Below are positions 1 through 8,856 of a stretch of DNA of 32,000 nucleotides, one piece after another (position 1 is the stretch's first letter; each line of letters starts with the position of its first letter). Source of the stretch: Nostoc punctiforme PCC 73102 (lineage in GTDB: Bacteria; Cyanobacteriota; Cyanobacteriia; Cyanobacteriales; Nostocaceae). A program made the translations under genes and the position numbers. The notes below the pieces were generated by a model. That model was not told where the DNA came from. It worked only from the letters and a program-made list of their open reading frames with translations, and ran no database searches. The DNA lies in NCBI RefSeq assembly GCF_000020025.1, contig NC_010633.1, positions 30,001-62,000 on the forward strand, written 5' to 3'.

Positions 1-102
1 AAAAACCAGAGGCATGAGGTTTTTAACTTCCGTGTCCTACTAACACTGGATAAAGAGTCTAATAAATTGCTATTGATTCAAAAATACAGTGTCAAGTATT
101 AG
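1..102 (+). CDS. Possible 3' end of a gene entering from the left edge (33 codons, then TAG)
   Basis: Frame 1 is open from base 1 to TAG at 100-102 (...EVFNFRVLLTLDKESNKLLLIQKYSVKY*). There is no start in the window and no recognisable domain. Confidence 0.2.
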   Translation, partial: KNQRHEVFNFRVLLTLDKESNKLLLIQKYSVKY

Positions 103-150
103 TATCAGTAAAGTTCGTGCTAATTTCACATTATTAATTTTGAGTTCGCC

Positions 151-873
151 ATGTTAGCTGTGAAAGACCCACATACCGATTTTCAACTCCCGCTGCATAA
201 CGAAGCAGCATTAAAGTGGATTAGGGAGACGAAAAATTACCTGTCCACTGTTGCTCTAGCAGTTGGTGGTGCGGCGCTGGTATCTGGCAGCTTAATTAAT
301 CCGGCTGCCTGGGCTGCTTTTGCACTGGCTTACAAACCGTTGGTGATCACTCAAAAACTTGCGCGGTTGGAAAAATTAACCGATCTACTTTTACAAGAGT
401 TTAAAAGCGTTGGTATAGAAATCTTTCCATTTCCGGGAGGAGAGAAAAACCCTATTGACTTGTTTATTAGATTTCCACGAACAACTCACCTGTTTATCTC
501 CATTCGTTCGATAGGAGATAGGGAGGTAGTCTACAACGAAGCCAGGGAAGCTTTACAACTCAGAAAGAAGGATAAGAATGGTTTGACAACCTGGAAACCT
601 TGTCCACTGCTTGAGTTGGCTGATTACGAAAAGTGGCTTAACAAAAACAGAGACTTGTTCGCAATGTCATCCCGTGAAGCTACAAAAACCCCAACAGCAA
701 AAGTTTTAGCCCTATGGCCTCCTACTAGAGCGGCTTCAAATCTCAATGAACATTTATATTCTTCCGTGGGAAGCATGAGAATTCTGGCTCTCAGGAGAAA
801 AGGCACTATGTTTGTGATTCAAGAGGAGGAAGTAATCGAGTTTGTTAGGGCTTGGTTAGCCCAATACAAATAG
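151..873 (+). CDS. Hypothetical membrane-anchored protein, possibly with a NERD / PD-(D/E)xK-like nuclease core
   Basis: ATG-initiated 240-aa ORF. It has an N-proximal hydrophobic stretch (STVALAVGGAALVSGSLINPAAWAAFALAY). The central segment PIDLFIRFPRTTHLFISIRSIGD weakly resembles a NERD-type core. The family assignment is not secure. Confidence 0.55.
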   Translation: MLAVKDPHTDFQLPLHNEAALKWIRETKNYLSTVALAVGGAALVSGSLINPAAWAAFALAYKPLVITQKLARLEKLTDLLLQEFKSVGIEIFPFPGGEKNPIDLFIRFPRTTHLFISIRSIGDREVVYNEAREALQLRKKDKNGLTTWKPCPLLELADYEKWLNKNRDLFAMSSREATKTPTAKVLALWPPTRAASNLNEHLYSSVGSMRILALRRKGTMFVIQEEEVIEFVRAWLAQYK

Positions 874-881
874 GCTAAAAG

Positions 882-922
882 TTGAAAACCCCTTCGTCCA
901 GTGTGGACAACGGAGTTTTCAA
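882..922 (+). terminator. Imperfect hairpin downstream of the 240-aa ORF
   Basis: TTGAAAAC (882-889) pairs with GTTTTCAA (915-922), and there is an inner GTCCA/TGGAC pair. No clear T-run follows, so this is a weak call. Confidence 0.2.
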
Positions 923-1139
923 AATTGATTCCATTGGAATTGGGGGATTGGGTGTCACGCCTAATTAATATCCCTAATAGTAATCTTATCAAACCTTTTG
1001 GAGTGTTAAGCAATTGTAACACTGGCTACACAAAAAACGGCAACTCAGGAATTTTACCAGATTAAATTTCTGAAGTTGTAGAAGATTACTTTCGGGATAG
1101 CTCCAATTCCTCCAATACACATACTGGAGGATTTGTAAA

Positions 1140-1379
1140 GTGTCACAAAAAGAACTATCTCATACCTCAGCTACGAACAAGCTGCTATTCGCAACTAAAG
1201 CTAATCCCTGTCCTCACTGCGGTAAACCAGACTGGTGCTACTCAATAGGAGAATTTACAGTTTGTGATCGCGATCGCTTTTATCAGCCTAACTATGCACT
1301 GGCTCAACCGGAACAATCGCCAACTTATGTATTAAGCAATAGTCAAAAATTAAATAATGTTCAAGGAGGTATCGCGTAA
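1140..1379 (+). CDS. Small zinc-ribbon protein coupled to the primase gene
   Basis: A GTG start lies 10 nt downstream of GGAGG (1126-1130). A Cys cluster CPHCGKPDWC...C is present. The TAA stop overlaps the ATG of the next gene (TAATG at 1377-1381). Confidence 0.6.
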   Translation: MSQKELSHTSATNKLLFATKANPCPHCGKPDWCYSIGEFTVCDRDRFYQPNYALAQPEQSPTYVLSNSQKLNNVQGGIA

Positions 1380-4300
1380 TGGTTGCACAATTCTCCAATC
1401 AGCAAGCACTCGCCTCCTTTGATATTCGCAATTTTGTAGACCAGTTAGAACCAGCCAGAGAGAAAAATAAATACATCTGCCCAGTTTGCGGTGGGCATAA
1501 TTTATCCATTGTCCAAGAAACTGGGAAGTACAGCTGCTTTAACCAGTGTGAGTGCAAAGACATCCGGGAGGCGATTAAACCTTGGGCTGAAGTCTTAGCA
1601 GAAAGAGCAGGGGTTAATTATACAACTTCCCCAAAAGCGAAAATACCCAACCCCAAGAGAATCTTGCCCAAAAGTGCGCCAATTCCAGATGGTGAATTAG
1701 CACTGGTGATGTTGACCCAAGCGGCGACTGACATACCCCAAACTCAAAACATAACTTGCAAGCTACCAAAGGGAATACCAGGGAATGCAACACAAACAAT
1801 CTACCCTTACGGAAAAACCCAATGGGTAATTCGCTATGAATGGGCGGATTACATCAAAGAGAAGGGTTATGATAAGTCCTTCCGCCAATGGCACAGGCTT
1901 CCAGATGGCACTCCAGAGATGAGAAAAGGGGATGAACCCTGGAAAGCTTACCGCATTGATGAAGCAATTGCCTGTGCTAAATCAGTGAATGTCACCCCGG
2001 CGCTACTCCAGCATGAAGGTGAGGGATGCGTAGAAGTTGGTCGCGCACATGGTCTGGCTGGGATTACGTTTCAAGGCAGTGCATGGGATAAGAAAACAAT
2101 TACCTCGGAATATCAACGCGCAATTGAAGCAGGCATAGGATTAATCGTTTTTCTGCACGATGCTGACGACACTGGCTTAAAGAAACTCCAGACCTGCCAA
2201 GATTGTGCCGACGAGGTGGGGATTGCATTTATTGGAATTAACCCTCACGACATCTGCCCCGATTTACCATATAAATCAAGTGACATCAAAGAAATCTTGG
2301 GGCAGATGGAAACACCAGAATTTATCCGTCGGTTAGAGCAGGAGATTCACGCGGCTGTGGCAAAGCGTGAGCAACTGGCAGAGGTAAACGTCATTGATAG
2401 CGATGATGACCAAAATCCGGTTGTAGCCTTTACCCAGCAAGCTTTTCAAGCTCTCTACGGAGATAAGAACTGGATTTGTGCTGCTGATAAGCTTTACTAC
2501 CACACTGGCAATCATTATAAACACTCCCCAGATTCCACAGAACGCAAAAGAATCTACGACTTTTGCAATTCTTTTGTGGTCGAGAACGAGCAGGGTAAAA
2601 AAACTTGTCCTTATGCTTCGCCCAGTTCAGTCAAAAAGGTTTTGGAGTGGGCGAAAATGGGAACAGAAATTGACCCAGAACTAATTAATCCTCCTGGGGT
2701 AAATTGCACCAATGGGATAGTCAAGGTTGAGTGGGAAGGCAGAAACTTTACAGTAAGACTAGCCCCACATACACCGGAGGATTATTACATTTATGAACCA
2801 TTGATTGAATATAACCCTAATGCTGATGATACATATTGTGAGCAACTTTTAGCTTGTTTAGACAAGCCACAGCAAGAAATATTTCTTAGAAATATTGCTG
2901 CATCCCTTGACCTTCAAACTGTTAGAAAATTCAGAGGGAGAGAGGTAAAAGCAATGTTCGCAATTGGGCTTGGTTCTAATGGTAAAGATGCTCTCCGCGA
3001 GTGTGTATCAACTATTTACGGGAAGAATGGGTTAACTTCTGTCTCCTTGGGTGACTTTCAATCTTATGACGAAGGCAGAAAATTCGGACTAGCCCCACTT
3101 ATATATAGTCGAGTTAATTGGGCTTCTGAAAACCCACAAACATCTAGAATTGACAGACTTCAAAGTTTAAAATTATTTGTCACTGGAGATACATTACACT
3201 GCGAACATAAAGGGAAAGACCATATAGAATTCTCTTCTAACGCAATAGGTATTTTCAACTTAAACGAAACTCCCGCTTTTCAGGGTGTAATACAAGCAAT
3301 CAAAGATAGGATTGCAATTCTAGAATTCAAGAAAACCTTTGTAGATAATCCTTCGCCAAATAATCTAAATGAGATAAAAGGCGACCCCAGATTTCGCTAT
3401 GACCAAGATTTTATTAGAACAAAATTAGCTCCCGCATTCCTAAATAGAATCTTAAAAGCTCTTAATAACCTTATAGAGTCAGGTATCGATTATGAATGCA
3501 CAACCGACGCTTTCCGCAACCTTCAGAGAGAGAATAATCATCTTTTTGACTTCATTGAAGATGAAAAACTGGGTTACGTCGAAGGTGGGGAGATGTCGGC
3601 AAGTGCTTTGTGGATGTTGCTGGAGAATTGGTACATCCAAAATGGCACATTAACTATAGATGAAAACAACCGTAGAACATGGATTGACCAAGTACGCCCC
3701 AGCGACAAAAACGTGAAGGGCATCAACCAAATCATCGCTCGAATCGCTCAACTCTTCCCCAAGGCAGTCAGGGCAACTCGGTACTGTGACATTCGGAAAA
3801 AACAGATTCCAATTCTCAAAGGCATCGGAATTATTGAGAATACCCGCCCCATTATTGAGAATACCCGCCCCATACCCGCCCCACTACCCGCCCCAGAAAC
3901 CCAGTCACAGCAAGCAACCCGCCCCACCCGCCCCACTTTTTCTAATTTTGGAGAAAACATTGAAGAGTCAGATATGAAAATTGAATTGCTTTCTCCGACA
4001 ATGGAAAAAGAGGAATATGTAACCCAAACTGGGGCGGGTGAGGCGGAACCCTTACCAGATAAGGAAATCTGGGGCGGTAACTGGGGCGAAACTGGGGCGG
4101 TTAGCTCCCAAAGTGGGGCGGGTAGCTCCCCAAGTTGTGCGGAAAAGCTAGAAAGTGGTGCGGGTCAATCGGACTCTGTGCCATCTTCTTCTGATTCCAA
4201 GGTTTTAGCCTTTGAAGCGATCGCTTGTATCTTGGAATCCCCTAATCCAAGTTGGGAGGTAATCAAGGATATTTTGAGCGAAATGGAAATCTCTTCTTAT

Positions 4301-4387
4301 TTAGAACTGCACGGGTTTTTGACCTTGGGTGAATTCGCGCAACTTGAGATGCTAATACCAGCCGCCGAGAGGGAGGTTGATCTTTAG
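1379..4387 (+). CDS. Replicative primase-helicase (zinc ribbon + Toprim primase + P4/D5-type SF3 helicase); likely plasmid Rep
   Basis: 1002-aa ORF with a Shine-Dalgarno sequence (AAGGAGG) just upstream. It has an N-terminal CPVCGG...C..C.C zinc ribbon. Toprim-like acidic motifs are present (QHEGEGCVE, FLHDADDTG). A Walker A motif, GLGSNGKD, sits in a context typical of phage/plasmid P4-family primase C-terminal domains. The C-terminal linker is low-complexity (IIENTRP x2, TRPTRPT, GAG-rich). Confidence 0.85.
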   Translation: MVAQFSNQQALASFDIRNFVDQLEPAREKNKYICPVCGGHNLSIVQETGKYSCFNQCECKDIREAIKPWAEVLAERAGVNYTTSPKAKIPNPKRILPKSAPIPDGELALVMLTQAATDIPQTQNITCKLPKGIPGNATQTIYPYGKTQWVIRYEWADYIKEKGYDKSFRQWHRLPDGTPEMRKGDEPWKAYRIDEAIACAKSVNVTPALLQHEGEGCVEVGRAHGLAGITFQGSAWDKKTITSEYQRAIEAGIGLIVFLHDADDTGLKKLQTCQDCADEVGIAFIGINPHDICPDLPYKSSDIKEILGQMETPEFIRRLEQEIHAAVAKREQLAEVNVIDSDDDQNPVVAFTQQAFQALYGDKNWICAADKLYYHTGNHYKHSPDSTERKRIYDFCNSFVVENEQGKKTCPYASPSSVKKVLEWAKMGTEIDPELINPPGVNCTNGIVKVEWEGRNFTVRLAPHTPEDYYIYEPLIEYNPNADDTYCEQLLACLDKPQQEIFLRNIAASLDLQTVRKFRGREVKAMFAIGLGSNGKDALRECVSTIYGKNGLTSVSLGDFQSYDEGRKFGLAPLIYSRVNWASENPQTSRIDRLQSLKLFVTGDTLHCEHKGKDHIEFSSNAIGIFNLNETPAFQGVIQAIKDRIAILEFKKTFVDNPSPNNLNEIKGDPRFRYDQDFIRTKLAPAFLNRILKALNNLIESGIDYECTTDAFRNLQRENNHLFDFIEDEKLGYVEGGEMSASALWMLLENWYIQNGTLTIDENNRRTWIDQVRPSDKNVKGINQIIARIAQLFPKAVRATRYCDIRKKQIPILKGIGIIENTRPIIENTRPIPAPLPAPETQSQQATRPTRPTFSNFGENIEESDMKIELLSPTMEKEEYVTQTGAGEAEPLPDKEIWGGNWGETGAVSSQSGAGSSPSCAEKLESGAGQSDSVPSSSDSKVLAFEAIACILESPNPSWEVIKDILSEMEISSYLELHGFLTLGEFAQLEMLIPAAEREVDL
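3830..3934 (+). repeat. Array of six ACCCGCCCC 9-mers, including a 21-bp tandem duplication at 3830-3871
   Basis: Exact ACCCGCCCC copies occur at 3842-3850, 3863-3871, 3874-3882, 3886-3894, 3917-3925 and 3926-3934. ATTATTGAGAATACCCGCCCC is repeated in tandem. Confidence 0.9.
4031..4165 (-). repeat. Array of the reverse-complement motif GGGGCGG(GT), five to six copies
   Basis: GGGGCGGGT occurs at 4031-4039 and 4115-4123. GGGGCGGT is at 4071-4078, GGGGCG at 4083-4088 and GGGGCGG at 4094-4100. A degenerate GGTGCGGGT lies at 4157-4165. One further GGGGCGGT copy sits at 4467-4474, downstream of the stop codon. Confidence 0.85.
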
Positions 4388-4637
4388 TACTACAAGAGGG
4401 ACTGTCACGGTGATGCCCAATACGAGAGTCAGCCCTGACTGGCGCTCACGTCAAATTAAGGTTTTGGGGCGGTTAGGCGAACTTCTTGACAAAATATCAC
4501 CCCAGATATACATTGCTGAAACTATTACTATAAAAGGATTACAGCCTTAACGAACAATTTCCCCGTTTCGGTGATCGCTTCAATAGGCGATCATACAAAT
4601 TATCCGAAAGTACTAAACTTCAACCATCAATACTACC

Positions 4638-5084
4638 ATGCTCAAACTATTGCCCAAATTTTCAATTGGGATCGCAACTGCTGCTCTTACCACTGGTGTA
4701 ATTGCAACAAGTCTTGCCCAAAACTCTACTGTTAGCTATGACTTCACAATCAATGTGACCAAAGGCTCGTTAGCAGGCAAATCGTTCAATGGCAGCTTCA
4801 GCTACGATAACTCGACCTTAAAAGGCATTGGAGTTGAAGAGTTGGGAGTTAATCAGGGATTAAAGGCTTGTTTTAACTATCTTGGACGTAACTATAGCGA
4901 GAGTAATGATCGTGACTATCCTACGTTCCCGAAACTAGTTTTTGAGAATGGCAAAATCAAACAACTAGACTTTTGGTTACAACCAGAAAAGCGCGTTGTC
5001 TGGTGGAATTTACCTGGATGGGAAGTTAAGTATTCCCAGCGTCAAGCTTCTACCCCTACCATTCTAAATTGCCAAAAACGCTAA
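4638..5084 (+). CDS. Secreted hypothetical protein
   Basis: 148-aa ATG ORF with a signal-peptide-like N-terminus (MLKLLPKFSIGIATAALTTGVIATSLAQ). No domain recognised. Confidence 0.6.
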   Translation: MLKLLPKFSIGIATAALTTGVIATSLAQNSTVSYDFTINVTKGSLAGKSFNGSFSYDNSTLKGIGVEELGVNQGLKACFNYLGRNYSESNDRDYPTFPKLVFENGKIKQLDFWLQPEKRVVWWNLPGWEVKYSQRQASTPTILNCQKR

Positions 5085-5329
5085 AGCGATACCTACGGTG
5101 AGCTACGCTAACGCACTTTATTGGTAGTGCCAGCGTAGGCGCAGCCCGTCGTAGACACTGACTTTTCCCGTTAAGTCTTAAAAGGCTTGCTCACAAAGGA
5201 TTTAGGAAACAGCATAGCAGATATGGTACAGTAATTGAAATTGGGTGCTAAAGGTGACGAGCAATGCTGGACTAATAGGAGAAATCGCCCCAAGTATCAT
5301 CATAAAAGCTCACTGCCTTATCATTAGTG

Positions 5330-6355
5330 TCAACCGAGTAAAATTTTACTTTTTTGCTTACGGCTCAGTAGCTTGCTTGCTCCTAGCGTAGCCCCAAATG
5401 CCAACACAGCTAGCGTCATTCTAGGTTCAGGAATAATAGTGTTGTCTTCAGTGAAAGCTAAAAAGCCAGCCCCATTTAATCCACCTCGACCGGCAGGGAT
5501 AAAGGTGTCAATAAATGCTCCTGTCTTGCCGTCGTAACGCAACACGTTGTTACTATTTAAGCCACTAACATAGAGGTTTCCATCAGGGCCGAAGACTGGC
5601 TTGAGAGGATCGTTAAGTCCTCCACTGCCAGCAGGAATAAAGGTGTCAATAAAAGCTCCTGTTTTTCCATTAAAGCGCGAAATATTGTTACTCACAAAGT
5701 TAGCAACATATAGATTGCCATCTGCTCCAAAGGTCAAACCACCAGGTTCTGAACCTTTTGCCTCTGTAGCAAAAGTGTCAATAAAAGCTCCTGTTTGTCC
5801 GTTGTAGCGAAGAATATTATCCGTTAGAACACTACTGACGTAGAGGTTATTGTCTGAACCAAAGCTCAAACCAAAAGGTGCAGTGAGTCCGCCGCTACTT
5901 GAAGGAACAAAAGTATCAATAAAAGCTCCTGTTTGTCCGTTGTAGCGGAGAACACTATTACTAGTGCGGCTGTTAATACTGGTAACGTAGAGGTTGCCAT
6001 CAGGCCCAAAAACTAAGTCTTCAGGTGCATCTAGTCCACCACTACCAGAAGGAACAAAGGTACTAATGAAATTCCCTGTTTTTCCGTCGTAACGTTGGAT
6101 ACTACCGTTCAAAATACTGCTTACATAAAGATTATTATCCGGCCCAATAGTTAAACCAGTTGTTCCCTGTAGTCCTCCACTACCATTCGGAACGAATTCA
6201 TCAATGAATTCTCCCGTTTTTTCTTCGTAGCGTAGGACGGAGTTATTGTTATAACTCCCTACTAAAAGTGCTGCGTTAGCTCTTGGGGCTATCCACCCTA
6301 GCAATGCGAAGCTTATCAGTGGGACACCGATCTGACAAAAATTGAAAAACTTCAT
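5330..6355 (-). CDS. Six-repeat NHL-like beta-propeller protein with signal peptide and PEP-CTERM sorting tail
   Basis: There are six ~47-aa repeats (N.vLRY.G.TGaFIDtF.P.GSGGL...FGPDGNLYVs). An N-terminal signal peptide is present. The C-terminus reads IPEP, then a hydrophobic helix, then basic SRKQKSK, which matches the PEP-CTERM pattern. Confidence 0.85.
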   Translation of the reverse strand: MKFFNFCQIGVPLISFALLGWIAPRANAALLVGSYNNNSVLRYEEKTGEFIDEFVPNGSGGLQGTTGLTIGPDNNLYVSSILNGSIQRYDGKTGNFISTFVPSGSGGLDAPEDLVFGPDGNLYVTSINSRTSNSVLRYNGQTGAFIDTFVPSSSGGLTAPFGLSFGSDNNLYVSSVLTDNILRYNGQTGAFIDTFATEAKGSEPGGLTFGADGNLYVANFVSNNISRFNGKTGAFIDTFIPAGSGGLNDPLKPVFGPDGNLYVSGLNSNNVLRYDGKTGAFIDTFIPAGRGGLNGAGFLAFTEDNTIIPEPRMTLAVLAFGATLGASKLLSRKQKSKILLG

Positions 6356-6829
6356 AATTTTGTTAGCTAACAGAACTATAATTACTTAGTATACTTAATC
6401 ATACATTCGTAACATTTCTGTTATTAATTCAAGTTGCTAGTTACGCAGATAAGCAATCTTGAAAAAGAGAGAGTATAGATTTATTTTTGTCAATATGTCT
6501 ATCAGTAGAAATAAATCTACTAACACAATATAGGACTCATATTTGATTTTTGAAAAAAGGTAAAGGGAAAAAACCTTATATATCGAGCCTTCCAAAACTA
6601 CGATATTGGCTTAAGGGGGCAATACTTGGGTCATAGTGGCAGCATAGTGCAAAGGGTGAAATGAGCAGTGATACCCCTGACTGTCTTATTGTTATATCCT
6701 TTATTCCAAATAAGCAGAGGAAACTGGACAAAGGGAAAGACACAGACAAAATTCTGTCACTGGTGAATGAGGAATTCTGTATTTTTTCATCCTTATGCTA
6801 TTCGTGCAAGAGGTCTATTTATCAGTCGT

Positions 6830-6871
6830 CCAATACCCAATACCCAATGCCCAATGCCCCATGCCTAATCG
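6830..6871. repeat. STRR-like heptamer run (CCAATAC / CCAATGC / CCCATGC), six units
   Basis: Directly visible tandem heptamers: ccaatac ccaatac ccaatgc ccaatgc cccatgc ctaatcg. The run abuts the stop codon of the substrate-binding-protein fragment. Such runs are typical of heterocystous cyanobacteria. Confidence 0.7.
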
Positions 6872-8040
6872 GTTACTTTCAATTCATAAAGATTCCAAAA
6901 TGGGCCACCAAGAGCAGTATATTGAATTCCTTGGAAGCGATCGCGCACTGCTTGCAGATTCAACCCCTCCACTAAATGAATAAAAGGCAACTGTTCTGAG
7001 GCAATGCGCTGATATTCATAATAAATTTCCTTGCGCTTGTTTTCATCCAATACCTGTGCGCCTTTAATGTAAAGCTTGTCAATTTCCTTTTCCCAGTCGG
7101 AAACTTCCCAGCCAGTCATGGGTGGATCTCCCGGTTGTGGCCCCAAATTAAATGCGTGGGATGCACCGGCAATTCTCCATATTTTGCTAGCGCTGTGAGG
7201 TTCAATACCGCCTCCAGCAAATCCTCCCAGGTAACAATCCCAATTATGCGTCACTTTGAGTTTTTCTAGATAAGAATTAAAGCTGAGAATTTGCAAATCT
7301 ACTTGAATCCCAATATTACCGAGATCCCGTTTGATTTGAGATGCCATATCTCCTCTAACTTTTCTTTCAGAATTAGTTAAGATTGTAAATCTTACTCTGT
7401 TACCATCAGCATCTAAAAGCTGATTTTGGGCATTATATTTGAACCCAGCTTGTAACAGCAATTTCTTCGATTTATCTGGTTCACAATTATATACCTTTAA
7501 CCCTTTTTCTGGAGGCAAGAAATAGGGACTTTTGACATAAACAAATGAATTTTGTAGTTCACCCAGTCCTCGATAAACATTTGTTTTCATGGTTTCGCGG
7601 TCGATGGCGTAGGCTATAGCTTGCCTGAATTCCTTTTTATTAAACCACCTAGATTTGATTGGGTCTACAAAAGGATTACCCTGAGAATTCTTAGCTTTAC
7701 TCAGATTAAAAGCAATAAAACCTGTACTTGTATCTGGGCCACCATTATAAATTTCAAACTTCGCCCGTTTTTCTTCTCGCTTCAACAAACTAAAACCTTC
7801 AGGAGGAACTTCTAAATTATCCAACTGCCCAGAGCGAAAACTAATTAACTGATTTTCAGTAGATTCAATAATTTGCCAAACAATACGCTCAATGTAAGGC
7901 TGAGAATTGCCCTGAGCATCTTTGCGCCAGTAATATGGATTACGCCGAAATATAACTCGCTGACTGGAAACGTAACTTTCCATAATATATCGCGTAAACC
8001 GGACACTACCAGCGAGAATAAATGAGGTTGCCACCCCCAA
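6865..8040 (-). pseudogene. 5'-truncated ABC transporter substrate-binding protein (family 5, peptide/nickel type)
   Basis: The translation carries the typical ...SQRVIFRRNPYYW... core and a C-terminal lobe. Family-5 binding proteins are ~500-600 aa with a signal peptide, but only ~390 codons remain here. The reading frame runs into the recombinase gene, so the first ~15 codons are probably fortuitous. Confidence 0.7.
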
Positions 8041-8624
8041 CTCGTCTACCCAACAAACATTACAGGTCTAGAGAATACCTTACACCAAGTGAAGTGCGAT
8101 CTCTACTCGATGCTGCGCTCGATCGTAAAGCTCGTTATTCTCACCGTGATTATACACTGATGTTGCTCATGTTTCGCCACGGTCTGAGGGTGGGGGAAGC
8201 TGTAGGGGCTAAGTGCGGTTTAAGGTGGGATGCAGTAATGTGGGGCGAACGTCAGATTTTTATCACTAGGGAAAAAGGCAGTGACTCTGGGGTGCATCCC
8301 TTGAGAGACGATGAATTAGTTCTCCTCAAAGAACTCAGAGAGATGTTGCCTGATAGCAAATATATTTTCGTTTCCGAACGCGGTGAGGTGATGTCCACTG
8401 ATGCAGTGCGAAAGCTGCTTGGGCGGCTGGCGGCACAGGCTGGACTTGATATCAAAGTTCACTGTCACATGATGCGCCATGCCTGCGGCTACTATCTGGT
8501 GAATCAGGGTTACAACACCAGAGAAATCCAAGACTTTCTGGGACACCGCGATATCAAACATACTGAAAAATATACCAAGCTGAATGCTCGACGCTTCCTT
8601 AATTTTGATTGGGGCGATTTGTAA
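8022..8624 (+). CDS. Small tyrosine recombinase, FimB/FimE-like in size and layout
   Basis: 200 aa. Candidate catalytic residues are R in FRHGLRVGEA, H..R in HMMRHACG, and GHRDIKHTEKY with the nucleophile Tyr. Length and N-terminus (LTPSEVRSLLDAA) match the ~200-aa fimbrial-switch-type recombinases. Confidence 0.85.
   Translation: MRLPPPTRLPNKHYRSREYLTPSEVRSLLDAALDRKARYSHRDYTLMLLMFRHGLRVGEAVGAKCGLRWDAVMWGERQIFITREKGSDSGVHPLRDDELVLLKELREMLPDSKYIFVSERGEVMSTDAVRKLLGRLAAQAGLDIKVHCHMMRHACGYYLVNQGYNTREIQDFLGHRDIKHTEKYTKLNARRFLNFDWGDL
8521..8624 (+). repeat. Copy A of a 104-bp direct repeat (3' end of the recombinase gene)
   Basis: Aligns with 11016-11119 with about 13 mismatches by my count. Weaker homology extends back to 8496 (codons LVN). 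Confidence 0.9.
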
Positions 8625-8856
8625 AAACTTGTGAAAATTTTCTTCATAAAAAGAACAAAACAGAATAATTAAGGCTTTTGTTAGACAAATGTATTATGCT
8701 ATGTTGTGCTAGTTAACTTAATTTGGCATAAAAGGGTATTAAATATCTTAATTTTTGGTTGTTTTATTTAATAAATTAGTAAATATTAAACCTGCTAATT
8801 GCATTTAGTTAAATAAATTAGCAATTTTTCAGAGTTAATCTAAATGAGGTAATGAG

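Noticed and set aside
6661-6983. Two overlapping + strand ORFs (104 and 62 aa).
   Set aside because: They read through the STRR-like heptamer run (giving YPIPNAQCPMPN-type peptides) and then run antisense into the 3' end of the substrate-binding-protein fragment.
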